The position numbers and the translations under genes are program-made. Of a stretch of 64,000 nt of DNA, positions 31,194-44,574 are shown one piece after another (positions within the stretch are counted from its first letter, which is position 1; every line of letters begins with the position of its first letter). The stretch covers positions 376,278,001-376,342,000 of the forward strand of contig OZ024740.1 in the NCBI GenBank assembly GCA_964016885.1, given 5' to 3'. A model generated the notes under the pieces. The model ran no database searches. It had not been told where the DNA came from and saw only the letters and a program-made list of their open reading frames with translations. The stretch comes from Eledone cirrhosa. Taxonomy: Eukaryota.

Positions 31194-32087
31194 AACGGAA
31201 AAAATGAAAAGAAATTTCATTTCCCACTCTTAGTACGGCTGTTACTTAAATATAAGTATGTACACGTACATACATATATGTATACAGACGTACAGTAGTA
31301 TGTATATATATATACATACATGCACACATATATATATATGTACGTATGGATTCACCGAACATTTATTATAATGCTCGGTGTGTTTGTAAACAAACATCCC
31401 CTATTAAGCCGTAGTGTCCAGCAACCATCGTTGCTCGTTTGTTTAACACTGGCAGTGTTCCTTTGTCAGTGTTGAACAAACGAGCAACGATGGTTGCTTG
31501 ACACTACGGCTTAATACGGGATGTTTGTTTACAAACACACCGAGCATTATAATAAATGTTCGGTGAATCCATACGTACATATATATATATATGTGTGCAT
31601 GTATGTATATATATATACATACTACTGTACGTCTGTATACATATATGTATGTACGTGTACATACTTATATTTAAGTAACAGCCGTACTAAGAGTGGGAAA
31701 TGAAATTTCTTTTCATTTTTTCCGTTTATCGTTTTCGGTGCACCCGGCCGATTAACCCACTCGATATGCAAATTGGGCTACTCAGCCGTTAATATGCATA
31801 AGGTAAGTATATACGTTCAACAATCTGGCAGGAAGGTATACGTTGCTGACGATAGCTAATAAGCTTGAAACTAGTACAGCGTTCCTTTGTTAGTGTTGAA
31901 CAAACGAGCAACGATGGTTGCTGGACACTACGGCTTAATACGGGATGTTTGTTTACAAACACACCGAGCATTATAATAAATGTTCGGCGAATCTATACGT
32001 ACATATATATATGTCTGCATGTATGTATATATATATATATACATACCACTGTACGTCTGTATACATATATGTATGTACGTGTACATA

Positions 32088-32090
<3 letters not shown>
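31193..32090 (+). mobile_element. Retrozyme-like family R1: inverted arm (31193-31454) plus 1.5 tandem units, period 424 bp
   Basis: 31453 repeats at 31877; non-coding; HHR at the unit junction; flanked by (TA)n. Confidence 0.85.
31841..31881 (+). ncRNA. Type I minimal HHR (family R1), predicted cleavage after 31876
   Basis: cgttg-CTGACGA-t-agct.aata.agct-t-GAAA-ctag-TA-cagcg. Confidence 0.85.
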
Positions 32091-32156
<66 letters not shown>

Positions 32157-32160
<4 letters not shown>

Positions 32161-33085
32161 TTAATATAGATGAGATTCTACATGACTAGAACTGTTTCAT
32201 TCATTAGAAATCATCAGGAATCTGGGTATCAAAAAATAAATATGGTATTTATAGGTCTCTACAAGTGGTAGGAGAGGGTGGGGAGTGGGATGGGTGCAGA
32301 TCATTGGTTGATAGAAAAGGGGATTCATTAAAAGCTAATTCTACAAAGCTATAGTTTATTTTTATTTTTATTTATATTTATTTATGTGTGTATATGTGTT
32401 TGTGCGTGTGTTTATGGTTGCGCGTAAGTGTGTGAGTGAGTATGTGTGATTTTTTGTTTTTTTGATGTTTTGTTTTTTTGTGAATGTGTCTGTTGATTTT
32501 TGGCATATAGTTGATTAGTTTAAGAGAAGTTCGAAGATAATAGTAAGATATGCACTCAGTATTTTGAATCTGTCTGCAGAATTCTCTAGACCTTTGTCAC
32601 TTAGTAGAACCTTAATGACTTTAGCTTTTAAAGAATCTCCCTTTTCTTTAATTCTATCGACCATGACTGACCCCCCACTGATTTTATAGACACCTGTTAG
32701 CTTAAGAGAAACTTATTGACAAGGAATGGTATGCCATCCGGAACCTGTTTATAGAATTCTGTCTGCCTTTGTTACTCTAAAAACATAAATAAATATAAAT
32801 ATAAATAAAAATAAAAATAAACTATAGCTTTGTAGAATTAGCTTTTAATGAATCCCCTTTTCTATCAACCAATGATCTGCACCCATCCCACTCCCCACCC
32901 TCTCCTACCACTTGTAGAGACCTATAAATACCATATTTATTTTTTGATACCCAGATTCCTGATGATTTCTAATGAATGAAACAGTTCTAGTCCTGTAGAA
33001 TCTCATCTATATTAAAACTGTTATACTCTGCTATGTATTGAGTACCTTACTTACTGTGGTTACCTCCGATTCAACCCGGAATAAC

Positions 33086-33088
<3 letters not shown>
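32157..33088 (+). mobile_element. pLTR-like element with an inverted 5' arm and a 3' tail; same family as 63560-64000
   Basis: 32157-32390 is inverted to 32785-33018; tail at 33019-33088. Confidence 0.8.
32953..33003 (+). ncRNA. Type I HHR (mirror copy at 32173-32223 on the minus strand)
   Basis: agattc-CTGATGA-t-ttc.taat.gaa-t-GAAA-cag.ttctagtc.ctg-TA-gaatct. Confidence 0.75.
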
Positions 33089-33158
<70 letters not shown>

Positions 33159-33273
33159 TGTGTATGTTCTGTATCGAGTGCGTGTATGTGTGTGTATGTA
33201 TATATGTATATATGTATATATAAACATTGAGGACCAAATGAATTAACTGTGGAGATATAAAAGATACAGAAGC

Positions 33274-33371
<98 letters not shown>

Positions 33372-33499
33372 AGAAAAAATGGCTTCACTTGTGCTTTCAA
33401 CAAATTTATTTTTTTCACAAAATCCAAAAATAATTTTTTTTATATAAATTAAGTTGTTTGTTGTTGGTTAGGTCTTAGGAGTTCTTGGTTAACGTAGGA

Positions 33500-35790
33500 A
33501 CAAACGAGCATTATAATAAATCTCTCACCTGACGAGAAAGAACCAACCGAACCAAAAATAATCAATATATCAGTCAAGAAATTAACACAAACAGAAATAC
33601 AACTGTTAGAAAATCGACTGAAGTTCACTCCCACTCCGAAAGCAGATACAGCCGATGTTATAAAAGACACAGAAGAATACTGTCGAAAATTACGCTTAGG
33701 AGAATTCCTCCAGGGTTTACAATACGAGGAAGAATCACTGGTGAAAAACAAAAAGAACTTCACACCCCCGCTAAATAGAGATAAATACCTGGAGGAGTAC
33801 ATAACCTGCCTTCGCCGATCAGCACGTACACATACGGCCGAGACGAAACACAAACGCAACATCCCTACAGACCAACTACTAGCATTGAACAAGCTACAAA
33901 GGGATTCCTCAATAATAATAAAAGAAGCGGACAAAGGTGAAGCAATCGTCATCATGGACATAAACCACTACAAAGATATGGTTCTAGCACACTTGAATGA
34001 CGAAAAGTTCTACAGGAAAATCACTAAAAACGAAGAAAGGAAATCAAGGAACCAAATAGGCAAACTAACAACAATGTACCAAAACAACCTAACACCAAAA
34101 GAAGTAGATTACCTAACCAACTTCGAAATGAAAACCAGCAACTTCTATGGATTACCAAAAATTCACAAATCCATAGAAATCCAAAACAACATAAAAGGGA
34201 AAAATACATCATACATCGAAGCACCAAGACCGACAGACTTAAAATTACGCCCCATTATTGCTGGCCCAGCCTCAAGCACACAACGTCTAAGCAACCTATT
34301 AGACATCATACTCAAACCCCTATGTAAAAAAGTTCCAAGCTACATCAGAGATGATATGGAATTACTTAACTATATCCCCCAAAAATTACACCAGGATACA
34401 ATCCTAGTCAGTTTTAATGTAATAAGCCTGTACAATAACATCCCACACGACCTAGGGATTGAAGCTGCGGACTTCTGGATTACAAAACACTCAAGTCACA
34501 TTTCAGAAAGATTCCCCAAAGAATTCATCTTGGAAGGACTTAAATTAGTATAGGAAAACAACCACTTCCTCTTTGACAACGAACGTTATCTACAAATAAA
34601 AGGAACAGCCATGGGTACCAAAGTGGCCCCAACATATGCAACGCTCGTTATGGGTCACTTAGAGGCAAACTTATATTCTCAACTACAGATAACATTCAGT
34701 CACGACTTCGCCTTCTACATTAATAAAAACTGGAAACGTTACCTAGATGACTGCTTCATCTTCTGGAACAGAAGCCAAACAGACCTACAAAAATTTTCTT
34801 CAGTCTTAAACAGGCTTCATGAAGCTATACAATTCACTATGGAATGTAACGAAAAGGAACTGCCCTTTCTAGATATCCTCATCATTAAAGAAGGGGAACA
34901 TATCATAACGGACCTATTTTGCAAACCCACTGACACACACCAATACTTAAATTTCCGGTCATTACACCCCTCACATACGAAAAGGAACATTCCCTTCAAC
35001 ATGGCAAGGCGCATCTGCACTATAGCAACACACCCCGTACTACAAGAAAAAAGATTATGTGACCTGAAAAAATTCCTTAAAAAACAAGAATACCCGATGA
35101 AACTCATCAACGCAGCCATCTCCAAGGCTAAGAACATCCCAATAACAACACTGAGAAAACCAAACCCACAACATAAAAAAGAAAACCCTGCTATCTCTTT
35201 TGTCATCACTCACAACCCAGGGAACGTCAACATTGTGAAAACTGCTAAGCAGTATCTCCCGATTCTATAGGAATCTACCAAAATGAATGGACTGTTAAAA
35301 AACACAGATAATTTATAGCAGACGCCAAGCACCCAACATTAAAAAACTAATTACCAAGGCAAAATTTACGACCAACATGGAATCAATGCAAGTGACGAAA
35401 TGCGGGGACCCTAGATGTGGAACCTGTGAACTCATCGAAGAGGGCAAACAGTTGTCCTTCAAAAACCATGATAATTTCAAGGTCAATGCAAACATGAACT
35501 GCAAAACGAAAAACCTAATATATTGCGCAACATGTCCACATTGTAAAGAGTGTTACATTGGGGAAACCGGAACGGGACTACATGATAGAGTCCGGGTACA
35601 TAAACAACAAATTAAAGACCCCACAGTCAGAAATACCACATGTAGCGCACACTTTGCATCATGCGGGAAGGGAAAATTCACAATCTTCCCTTTCTTCAAG
35701 ATATGGTAGGATAACGAACATTTCCGCAGATATAAAGAAGAATTCTTCATTGAAAAATTTAAACCACTACTGAACACGAAAAAATGAATT
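33500..35790 (+). pseudogene. Near full-length PLE RT plus GIY-YIG ORF with a few stops and frameshifts
   Basis: IINLS, KFTPTP, IIKEADKG, FYGLPKIHK, LRPII, SLYNNIP, GTAMGTKVAP, RYLDD, CGDPRCGTC, NLIYCATCPHCKECYIGETG. Confidence 0.95.
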
Positions 35791-36058
35791 AACACTCGGA
35801 GGTAAAATTCCATTTCACTACCCCCCCCCCTCTTCTTATGTGTTCACTTGAATATCTGAGTGAACGGTGGGACACACACATATATATGTGTAGGTATGTA
35901 TGGATGTATGTAAGTGTGGGTATATATGTATGTGGGTGTGTGTATGTGTGTGTATATAAATGTATGGACGTGTGTATGTTTGTATGTGTGTGTGTATATA
36001 TATATATATATATGTGTGTATATATATGTATATGTATATGTATGTATGTGTATATTTG

Positions 36059-36090
<32 letters not shown>

Positions 36091-36249
36091 TATATGTTTA
36101 TATGTGTGTGTATGTATATGTATGTATCTATATATGTGTGTGTGTGTGTATGTATGTGCATATATGTATATATGTGTGTACATATATGTATGTTTCTGTA
36201 TGTGTATATGTATGTATATTTGCAGATGTATATATATATATATATATAT

Positions 36250-37450
36250 AAACAATTAAGTTAAAAATGTACATCTACATATGCATACTAAAATACTAGT
36301 GTGTATATGAATACACACACGTATACATATGTAGGTGTAACAAGTCTTTCACTGGTTGCTTTACTGTGAGCAACCCAGCTATTCTGTATGTAAACACACA
36401 GAGAAACCGGTTTTTAGAGTCATACTGGTTTTCGAGGGAACACCTTCCCTCTATTCTCCAGAAAGCCAGACAAGGAATATTGAACTAGTTTCGTTGTTGT
36501 TACAACTCATCAGCAATATTTACCTATCTAATTTGCATAGAGTGTGAGTACGCACAGGTTCAGCGGAGACGATAAAAACAAATAACGAAACGAAATTAAA
36601 TTTCGTTTCGTTTGTAACTCACTTTTGTATGACTGACGCTTAAACAATTAAGTTAAAAATGTACATCTACATATGCATACTGAAATACTAGTGTATACTA
36701 GTGTATTCTGGAGAATAGAGGGAAGGTGTTCCCCCGAAAACCAGTATGACTCTAAAAACCGGTTTGTCTGTGTGTTTACATACAGAATAGCTGGGTTGCT
36801 CACAGTAAAGCAACCAGTGAAAGACTTGTTACACCTACATATGTATACGTGTGTGTATTCATATACACACTAGTATTTCAGTATGCATATGTAGATGTAC
36901 ATTTTTAACTTAATTGTTTAAGCGTCAGTCATACAAAAGTGAGTTACAAACGAAACGAAATTTAATTTCGTTTCGTTATTTGTTTTTATCGTCTCCGCTG
37001 AACCGGTGCGTACTCACACTCTATGCAAATTAGTCTGCCCACTACTAATTTTCATAGAAAAAGCATATAACGATATGTGCTTTTACAATTCTCCAGAAGG
37101 GCCGGTAGATAGGTAAATATTGCTGATGAGTTGTAACAACAACGAAACTAGTTCAATATTCCTTGTCTGGCTTTCTGGAGAATAGAGGGAAGGTGTTCCC
37201 CCGAAAACCAGTATGACTCTAAAAACCGGTTTGTCTGTGTGTTTACATACAGAATAGCTGGGTTGCTCACAGTAAAGCAACCAGTGAAAGACTTGTTACA
37301 CCTACATATGTATACGTGTGTGTATTCATATACACACTAGTATTTCAGTATGCATATGTAGATGTACATTTTTAACTTAATTGTTTAAGCGTCAGTCATA
37401 CAAAAGTGAGTTACAAACGAAACGAAATTTAATTTCGTTTCGTTATTTGT
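36250..37450 (+). mobile_element. Retrozyme-like family R1b nested in the PLE 3' microsatellite: inverted plus tandem units, period 467 bp
   Basis: 36706 repeats at 37173; 36250-36695 is an inverted, partly deleted tandem. Confidence 0.85.
37116..37160 (+). ncRNA. Canonical-core type I HHR (mirror copy at 36476-36520 on the minus strand)
   Basis: aatattg-CTGATGA-gttgt.aaca.acaac-GAAA-ctag-TT-caatatt; stem I is extendable by ccagaagg/ctttctgg. Confidence 0.9.
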
Positions 37451-37488
<38 letters not shown>

Positions 37489-37545
37489 ATATGTGTCTTT
37501 ATGTGTTTGTGTGTACATATATATATATATATGTGTATGTATATG

Positions 37546-37576
<31 letters not shown>

Positions 37577-37735
37577 GTATGTATATGTATGTGTATATAT
37601 GTATGTGTGTATGTATGTGCCTGTATGTGTATGTGTATGTGTATGTATATATATATATATATATGTGTGTATATATATATAAATATATATATATGTGTAT
37701 ATATATGTATATGTGTGTATGTGTCTGTATGTGTT

Positions 37736-37824
<89 letters not shown>

Positions 37825-38533
37825 ATGTGTATGCCTCTCTATATATATATATATGTGTGTATGTGTGTGTGTGTATGCATGTATATGTGAACGGATGTAT
37901 ATATACGGACATATGTATATGTGTGTGTACACGATAGTGTGTGTGTATGTGTATATATGTATATTTATTATGTATCCTTATGTGTGTATATGTATGTATA
38001 TGTATGTATGTATATATATATATATACCCATGTGAAGGTATGAGTACATATTCGTGTGTGTACGTATGTGTATATGTGTTTTTATATGTCTTTATATGCT
38101 TTTATGTATGTATGTGGATGTATATGTACATGGGTGTGTGATTGATGGTGTGTGCCTATACATTCCTACATATGCCCGTGTGTGTATGTACGTATATACG
38201 CACATATGTGTGTGTTGAACAAAGGACTAATTTTGGGATGGACGTAGAAAAATTCTTCAGAAAAAAATAATTGTTTACAAGCTTGGCATGTGCGGTTTGC
38301 CTATGACCATTTTCCTTACAAAGGAATACTAAAAGCTTTTTCCCCTGAATAAAGGAATTTTTCGAGAATGACCGGGGCAGGCCGCACTTGCTACATTTCT
38401 CCCCACCCAACCCTACTCACTGTCTCAACTCATTACTGCTATTAACATTTTGTTCAAAACACCTACACCCCTACACTTATTAAAGGGGGAGAAACAAAAA
38501 AAGCCCCACCACACCACAGACATGTTAAATCCC

Positions 38534-38568
38534 TATATATAGAACAACACACCACATACACATCAGTT
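38534..38568 (+). promoter_or_regulatory. Putative TATA plus initiator in the PLE pLTR
   Basis: TATATATAG at 38534; TCAGTT with its A at 38565, 31 nt downstream. Confidence 0.5.
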
Positions 38569-38926
38569 TGACAAGCGCACCTCAGCGTGAAAGGTCTTTC
38601 TAAAAACGAAACATTACCTCCTACGTTAACCAAGAACTCCTAAGACCTAACCAACAACCAACAACCAACAACTTAATTTATATAAAAACATTTTTTTTAA
38701 GAAAAATTTTTTTATAATCCGGAAAAAAATTATTTTTGGATTTTGTGAAAAAAATAAGTTTATTGAAAGCACAAGTGAAGCCATTTTTTTCTTCCCCCCT
38801 GTCTTAATATACCTAACTGTACCAAGGATTACACACATTTTCCAATATATATATATATATATATAATTCAAATTCTCCCTAGTTTTCTCTGTGAAACAGT
38901 ACTGCTATGATTATTAATTAATCCAA

Positions 38927-39118
38927 AGGGTGGTGAATTGGCAGTATCGGTAGAGGGTTGGATTATGCTTTCCAGCATAGTTACGTCCCTTTACGATCTG
39001 AGTTCAATTCCAACCGAGGTTAACTTTGCCTTTCATCCTTACGGGGTCGATAAAATAAAGTACCAGTAATGTACTGGCATAATTGCTGGCCTTGTGCCAA
39101 AAAGTAGAAACAATTATT
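38927..39118 (+). mobile_element. tRNA-derived SINE
   Basis: A box TGGCAGTATCGG, B box GAGTTCAATTCC, family core. Confidence 0.85.
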
Positions 39119-39953
39119 AATTAATTCACCTTAAGTATATATATTTTTACCTGAATATTATTAGTATTAAATATGTGTACAAAATAGGATGTTTCTCAAA
39201 CGATATATGACTCCTTCTCTCGCTCTCTCTCTCTCACTCTCTCCTCTCTCTTTCTCTCTCTCATTCTCCCTCTCTTTCTGTCTCTCTCTCTCTAAATATA
39301 TCTTTTGTAAATGAATTGTTGATGCTCAGAACTAAGATCCATTGAGTTTATTTAAAAAGAAACCCGATTACCATCCATATTAAATATGTTTTGGTAGCTT
39401 AACAGTGTGTATATGTGCTCAAAATTAATTAATTAGTCGAGCTGATTCGATGGTTACTGGAACCTCGCTGCTCTTTCTAGCAGATGATGCCTCCAGTGCT
39501 ATTTATATATCCACTCTCCGTTAAACGTTTATCGGTACCATGTCGTTTGAAGCGCATTCAGTCTCTCACCTCTCAACAGATTTTAAGGTAGTTTGTACAA
39601 AGTGGGTTATATCTAAAGACAATGACTCTGACGAGTAGCTCCTTGTGTTTCGCTAGATTTTACCTGAATCGATAATCGGTAATCGATTATTTGTATCGAT
39701 TTCAACTGTGAAACAGTTCTGTCATTACTTATGCCACTTGGGTGTATATTATGTATATGTTTCCTGAATATTAGTTGTATTAAATATGTCTACAAACAAT
39801 ATGTTTCTCAAAGGATATATAAATCTTTTGCTCTCTCTATCTCTAATATTTTTTGAATTTGAAATATAGATGGTCTGAACTAAGACCCATAGACTTATTT
39901 AAAGAGAGAAACGATTTTCATACATATTAAATATGTGTAAATACCTTCATATA

Positions 39954-39990
<37 letters not shown>

Positions 39991-40570
39991 GTGTGTGTGC
40001 GTGTGTGTGTGTGTGTGTTGTATAAAGTTAAGAAAATTAAGAAAGTTAAGAAAGTTAAGAAATGACATGATAGTGAATGGAAACAAAACGAAAAAAACAT
40101 TTTTATGGGAAAATCCTAAAAATGTTATTTTCTTAAAATAAATATGCAAACGAAGGACACAGAACTCCATGGTCATCAAGCGTTGATATGGACCCGGGCA
40201 GTTTCGACACCTCCTAACGTACTGTTGGTCCATCCAGAGTCACAGCGTCTGACAAAAGCCAAACGCAGTCCAAAGGAGTAAAAGATGAAAGACAAAGCAT
40301 TAATTTATAACTGTTAAGCTACAAAAATATATACAATTTTGCTTGACGTATACATATATACACACAAATATATAATAAAATGTTATTGTTTACTAGACGC
40401 ATTGTATATAATATATAACGTTGAAAGAGATAGAAGGCTGAACAATGGAAAATGGAAAATGGACTGAAAAGTAAAGGTCATCTGGTAAACTTTGTTTCGT
40501 TTTGTTGTTCTTTTTTTATCTATCCAATATTTCGTGACATAAAATCATATATATATATATATATTTATTT

Positions 40571-40762
40571 ATAGTAAAAGAGTCAGGACTCCGTAGGCTG
40601 AGCTCCAGCCGTTTCGACAGCTGCGTTCGGATCTAGCTGTGGAAACGGCCGGAGCTCACCGTCGGAGTCCTTACTCTTTTACTATTACCCACTCTACTAC
40701 CCTACGTATCGAGTACTCTGGTGCGTTATGGTCCACATTGTTCCTTACCACACTTCCTTTGC
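40571..40762 (+). mobile_element. Fold-back family F1, copy B
   Basis: Imperfect hairpin 40571-40685 plus the conserved tail ttacccactctactacc...gagtactctggtgcgttatggtccac. Confidence 0.8.
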
Positions 40763-40782
40763 TATATATATATATATATATA

Positions 40783-41939
40783 TCTCATAAAATAATACAA
40801 CTGGTTTTTCCACATGATACATATTGTTAGCACCCCAAACACTTAAATTGGGTTTATATTTAAATATAACCTAATGTTTGTTGAGTGAGATGGTTACCAG
40901 TCAGAGTTTAGCTTTAAACTATCTCTGTTATTGTATTAAATATTTACTCTTGATTGGCCAGAGGTGTTTATTTCCAGGTACCTTATGAATTTGACTTTCC
41001 GTATTTGTTACTGTTGTGAAATGTTGTGGCTTTTTTTGGTTGTAACTTCTCTCTTTTTTAGCCTAAGAAAATATATATATATGCCTACGTATATAATTAC
41101 ATGCATACATTTATTTTATATTATTAATTGAGTTCTTTACACGAGGAATTAATATTGGTTTTGAAATAACTAATTAACCCGCATGTGTTTTATATTTTAC
41201 TCTTAATTCGGCCGGAGATTTACATTCCCATTTGCCCTTTAAAGCATAACTTTCTGCATTTGCTACGGTTATGAGATGCGGTTCTTATTCGGGTACAACT
41301 TCTGATTTAGCCTAAGAAAATATCTATATGCGTGTGTAATTTATACAAGCATATATTTATTTTTTATTTTCAATTGAGTTCTTAACACGTTGGATTGATA
41401 ATGTTTTCAAAAAAACTAATTAACCCGCGTGTATATTATTTTTTTTCCTCATTTCGTGGATAGTGGGTTGTCTCCCCTTCCCGCTTCGTGTCGCTATGAT
41501 ACTTCCTCAGTCAAAAACTGCTGGAATTTCAAATTTGGCGGTCATTTGAGGCGAGAGGGAGCAACTTTACAGACACGATTTTTGACAGCGGTAAGAAATT
41601 ATTTTCTTATATCAAAGTTTAACGGGCTTCCACTGATGATTTATAAGTGCCCACTTAAATATATTCTTACATGAATATATATTAGGCTTCTACATAAACT
41701 GGAAATATTCTCCCAACTTGTAGAAAACTTATAATGAAACAATTGTTTGGAAAGAGAGATATACTTTATCTTTAATTATATCTCATAAAATAATACAACT
41801 GGTTTTTCCACATTATACATATTGTTAGCACCCCAAACACTTAAATTGGGTTTATATTTAAATATAACCTAATGTTTGTTGAGTGAGATGGTTACCAGTC
41901 AGAGTTTAGCTTTAAACTATCTCTGTTATTGTATTAAAT
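40783..41939 (+). mobile_element. Non-coding HHR-bearing unit (R2), period 998 bp, with a ~158-bp terminal direct repeat
   Basis: 40783-40940 recurs at 41781-41938; diverged internal ~245-bp duplication; inserted in (TA)n. Confidence 0.8.
41628..41752 (+). ncRNA. Type I HHR with a large stem II insertion
   Basis: ttcca-CTGATGA-t-ttataag...cttataa-t-GAAA-caattg-TT-tggaa. Confidence 0.8.
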
Positions 41940-42019
41940 TATATATATATATATATCAAAGGAAGTGTGGTAAGGAACAATATATATATATATATATAGA
42001 GAGAGATAGATAGATATAT

Positions 42020-43937
42020 ATAGACCTAGTTAACCTAATCAACAATATCAATTTTCGTAAGTACTCTAACCCTTTTCAGTCTAAACTATCTAATGATATT
42101 TCAACTTTCGAATCTTCTAATAATAAGTTCATCTTCTCCGATAAAACTAAAAACCTATATGAAGTTAATAATAATTCACACGACCAACTATTAATAGATA
42201 GTATCACCTCTAAATACCAAATAGCTAATATAAATACGTATCATAATATAAATAAGGAAGCTATAGAATTAGCTGTTTCTTTAAAAATAGATAATAGCAC
42301 AGAAAAACTTGCTAAACGTAATGAGTACATCACCCTTAAAGATCATAAACCCGACTTTATTAATCGTCCTAGTTGTAAATTAATCAACCCTGCTAAGACT
42401 GATATTGGTCTTGCCAGCAAAAAAATGTTAAATAATATAAATACACACATTAGAAGTAAGTCTAAATTACTCCAATGGATAAATAGCTCTTCCGTAGTAC
42501 ATTGGTTTAATAATATTAAAAACAAAAATAGTTCTAGATTCACCCAATTTGACATTGTAGATTTCTACCCATCTATCACTCAGACACTTTTAGCGAAAGC
42601 TTTAAATTTCGCTAGAGAGTTTACTAATATCTCCGATATTGAAGAGAATGTCATCTTGCACGCTAGAAACACTCTACTCTTTAATGATAATGACACTTGG
42701 GTAAAAATATCTAACCCAGAGAACCCATTTGATGTCTCAATGGGCTCTTACGACAGTGCTGATTATTGTGATCTGGTCGGCCTATTCCTCCTACATACAC
42801 TTAAAGAAAAATTTCCTAACCATATTTTTGGGCTTTATCGCGACGATGGTCTAATACTTTCCCATACCACCATAGGCCATAACTTAGATAGATTAAGGAA
42901 AGACTTAATAAAAACCTTCGCTAGTTTTAATCTTAAAATTACTATTCACACTAACATTTCCAATGTAGATTTCCTAGATATAAACCTAGATTTGCCTACT
43001 GCTTCTTATAAACCATACCATAATCCTAATGAAAACTTAAAATATATAAATAAAGGCTCTTGCCATCCACCTATAGTTTTTAAAAACCTTATCCCTAATA
43101 TTAGCCGTAGGATCTCCAGCCTCTCTTCCTCAGAAGCTATTTTTAATAAGGCATCCCCCTACTATAATAGCCCTCCAAAATAGCGGTTTTAGCGAACCGA
43201 TTAAATACATACCCAACTATACTAACTCTATTAAACATAAAAAGAGGAAAAGAAAAATAATCTGGTTCACACCCCCCTACTCTCTAGCAGTTAAAACTAA
43301 TGTAGGCAAACAATTCCTAGAGCTCCTAGATAAACATTTCCCTAGAACACATAGATACTATAAGATCTTCAACAGAAACTGTGTCAAAATTAGCTATTCC
43401 TGCGGTCCCCCTATTAAGTCCTATATCATCAACAAAATATCACCTAGAGAAAATCAAACTTGCTCCTGTAGAATCAAAAGTGAATGCCCATTACAAGGTA
43501 AATGCAACACCAAAGCCATTGTATATGCGGCTAAAGTGACAACCATCAGCAACAACCATCCAGCCACCAGTGAACGATATGTGGGTATGACGCAAGACAA
43601 ATTCAAAACGCGTTTTTACTCAGATGTCGCATCCTTTCGACATCCAGAAAAAAGATTTACAACTGCTCTGGCTAGCAGAATTTGGGATTTGAAAGACCAA
43701 GGCATCCAATATGAATTAGATTGGTCAATTTTGAACCAATCTAAAGAATATGCTAGAGGAACAAGAAAATGCACGCTCTGCATAAATGAAAAATATTGGA
43801 TATTGCAAAATCTAAAATCACCAAAGACCTGCCTGAACACAAAGACGGAAATTTTAACCAGTTGCCCACACATGAAATCACACCTGCTTTCCAGCTCATA
43901 TAAACTTAACACACTTTCAGATACTTATCCTCCATAA
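42020..43937 (+). pseudogene. PLE RT plus GIY-YIG (Hydra-clade-like), frameshift near 43175
   Basis: ITLKDHKPDF, LINPAK, FDIVDFYPSI, SMGSYDSA, LYRDDGL, IIWFTPPYS, CSCRIKSECPLQGKC, IVY..YVG, CTLCINEK, SCPH. Confidence 0.92.
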
Positions 43938-44369
43938 ACTCTTATTATTCTCTTTATAATTACCCTTTCTGATTTACTTTCATTTTTATCCTTATCATTT
44001 ATTTTTATTTATATATTATTATTTTATTATTTTTATTTTTTTTATTTTTACTTCACATCCACCAATAACCCCCCCCCCCCCTTTATTCTCCGATTCACTT
44101 ACCTAATATCTTCACTTTCCATTTCTTACTTCCCTATTTCCTTCACTAACTGATTACACAGTCATTTGCGGTTTCCACTCCAGATATATTTTTTATCTTT
44201 ATTTTTATTTTTTTATTTTTGCGCAGCCAATCGTACAATTTTATAATTTTATATTTGTACTTACTTATCCACAAGTATTTTACACCCTGTATCAATGTGG
44301 CTGAACGCCTTAATGTGTGTATACTTACTACATATGTACATGGGCGACTACGTATGTGCGCGCGCGTGC

Positions 44370-44403
<34 letters not shown>

Positions 44404-44517
44404 AGATTTGAATGGATACAGTTTAGTTGAAAGGAATTTATTGACACGTGTTTCTATAACAGTTACATAACCTAAAACAATGTGTGTAATATTTATATTA
44501 CAACACAACGGAAAATA

Positions 44518-44574
<57 letters not shown>

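Larger units (their letters stand above)
33365..38845 (+). mobile_element. Neptune-like PLE copy 2, with a short inverted 5' pLTR and a 3' pLTR plus tail
   Basis: 33365-33498 is inverted to 38620-38802; the tail atatacctaactgtaccaaggattacacacattttc is shared with copy 1. Confidence 0.9.

Noticed and set aside
39150-39940. Old ~610-bp-period direct repeat resembling LTRs
   Set aside because: Highly diverged, with no TG..CA ends, PBS or PPT; likely an old local duplication.
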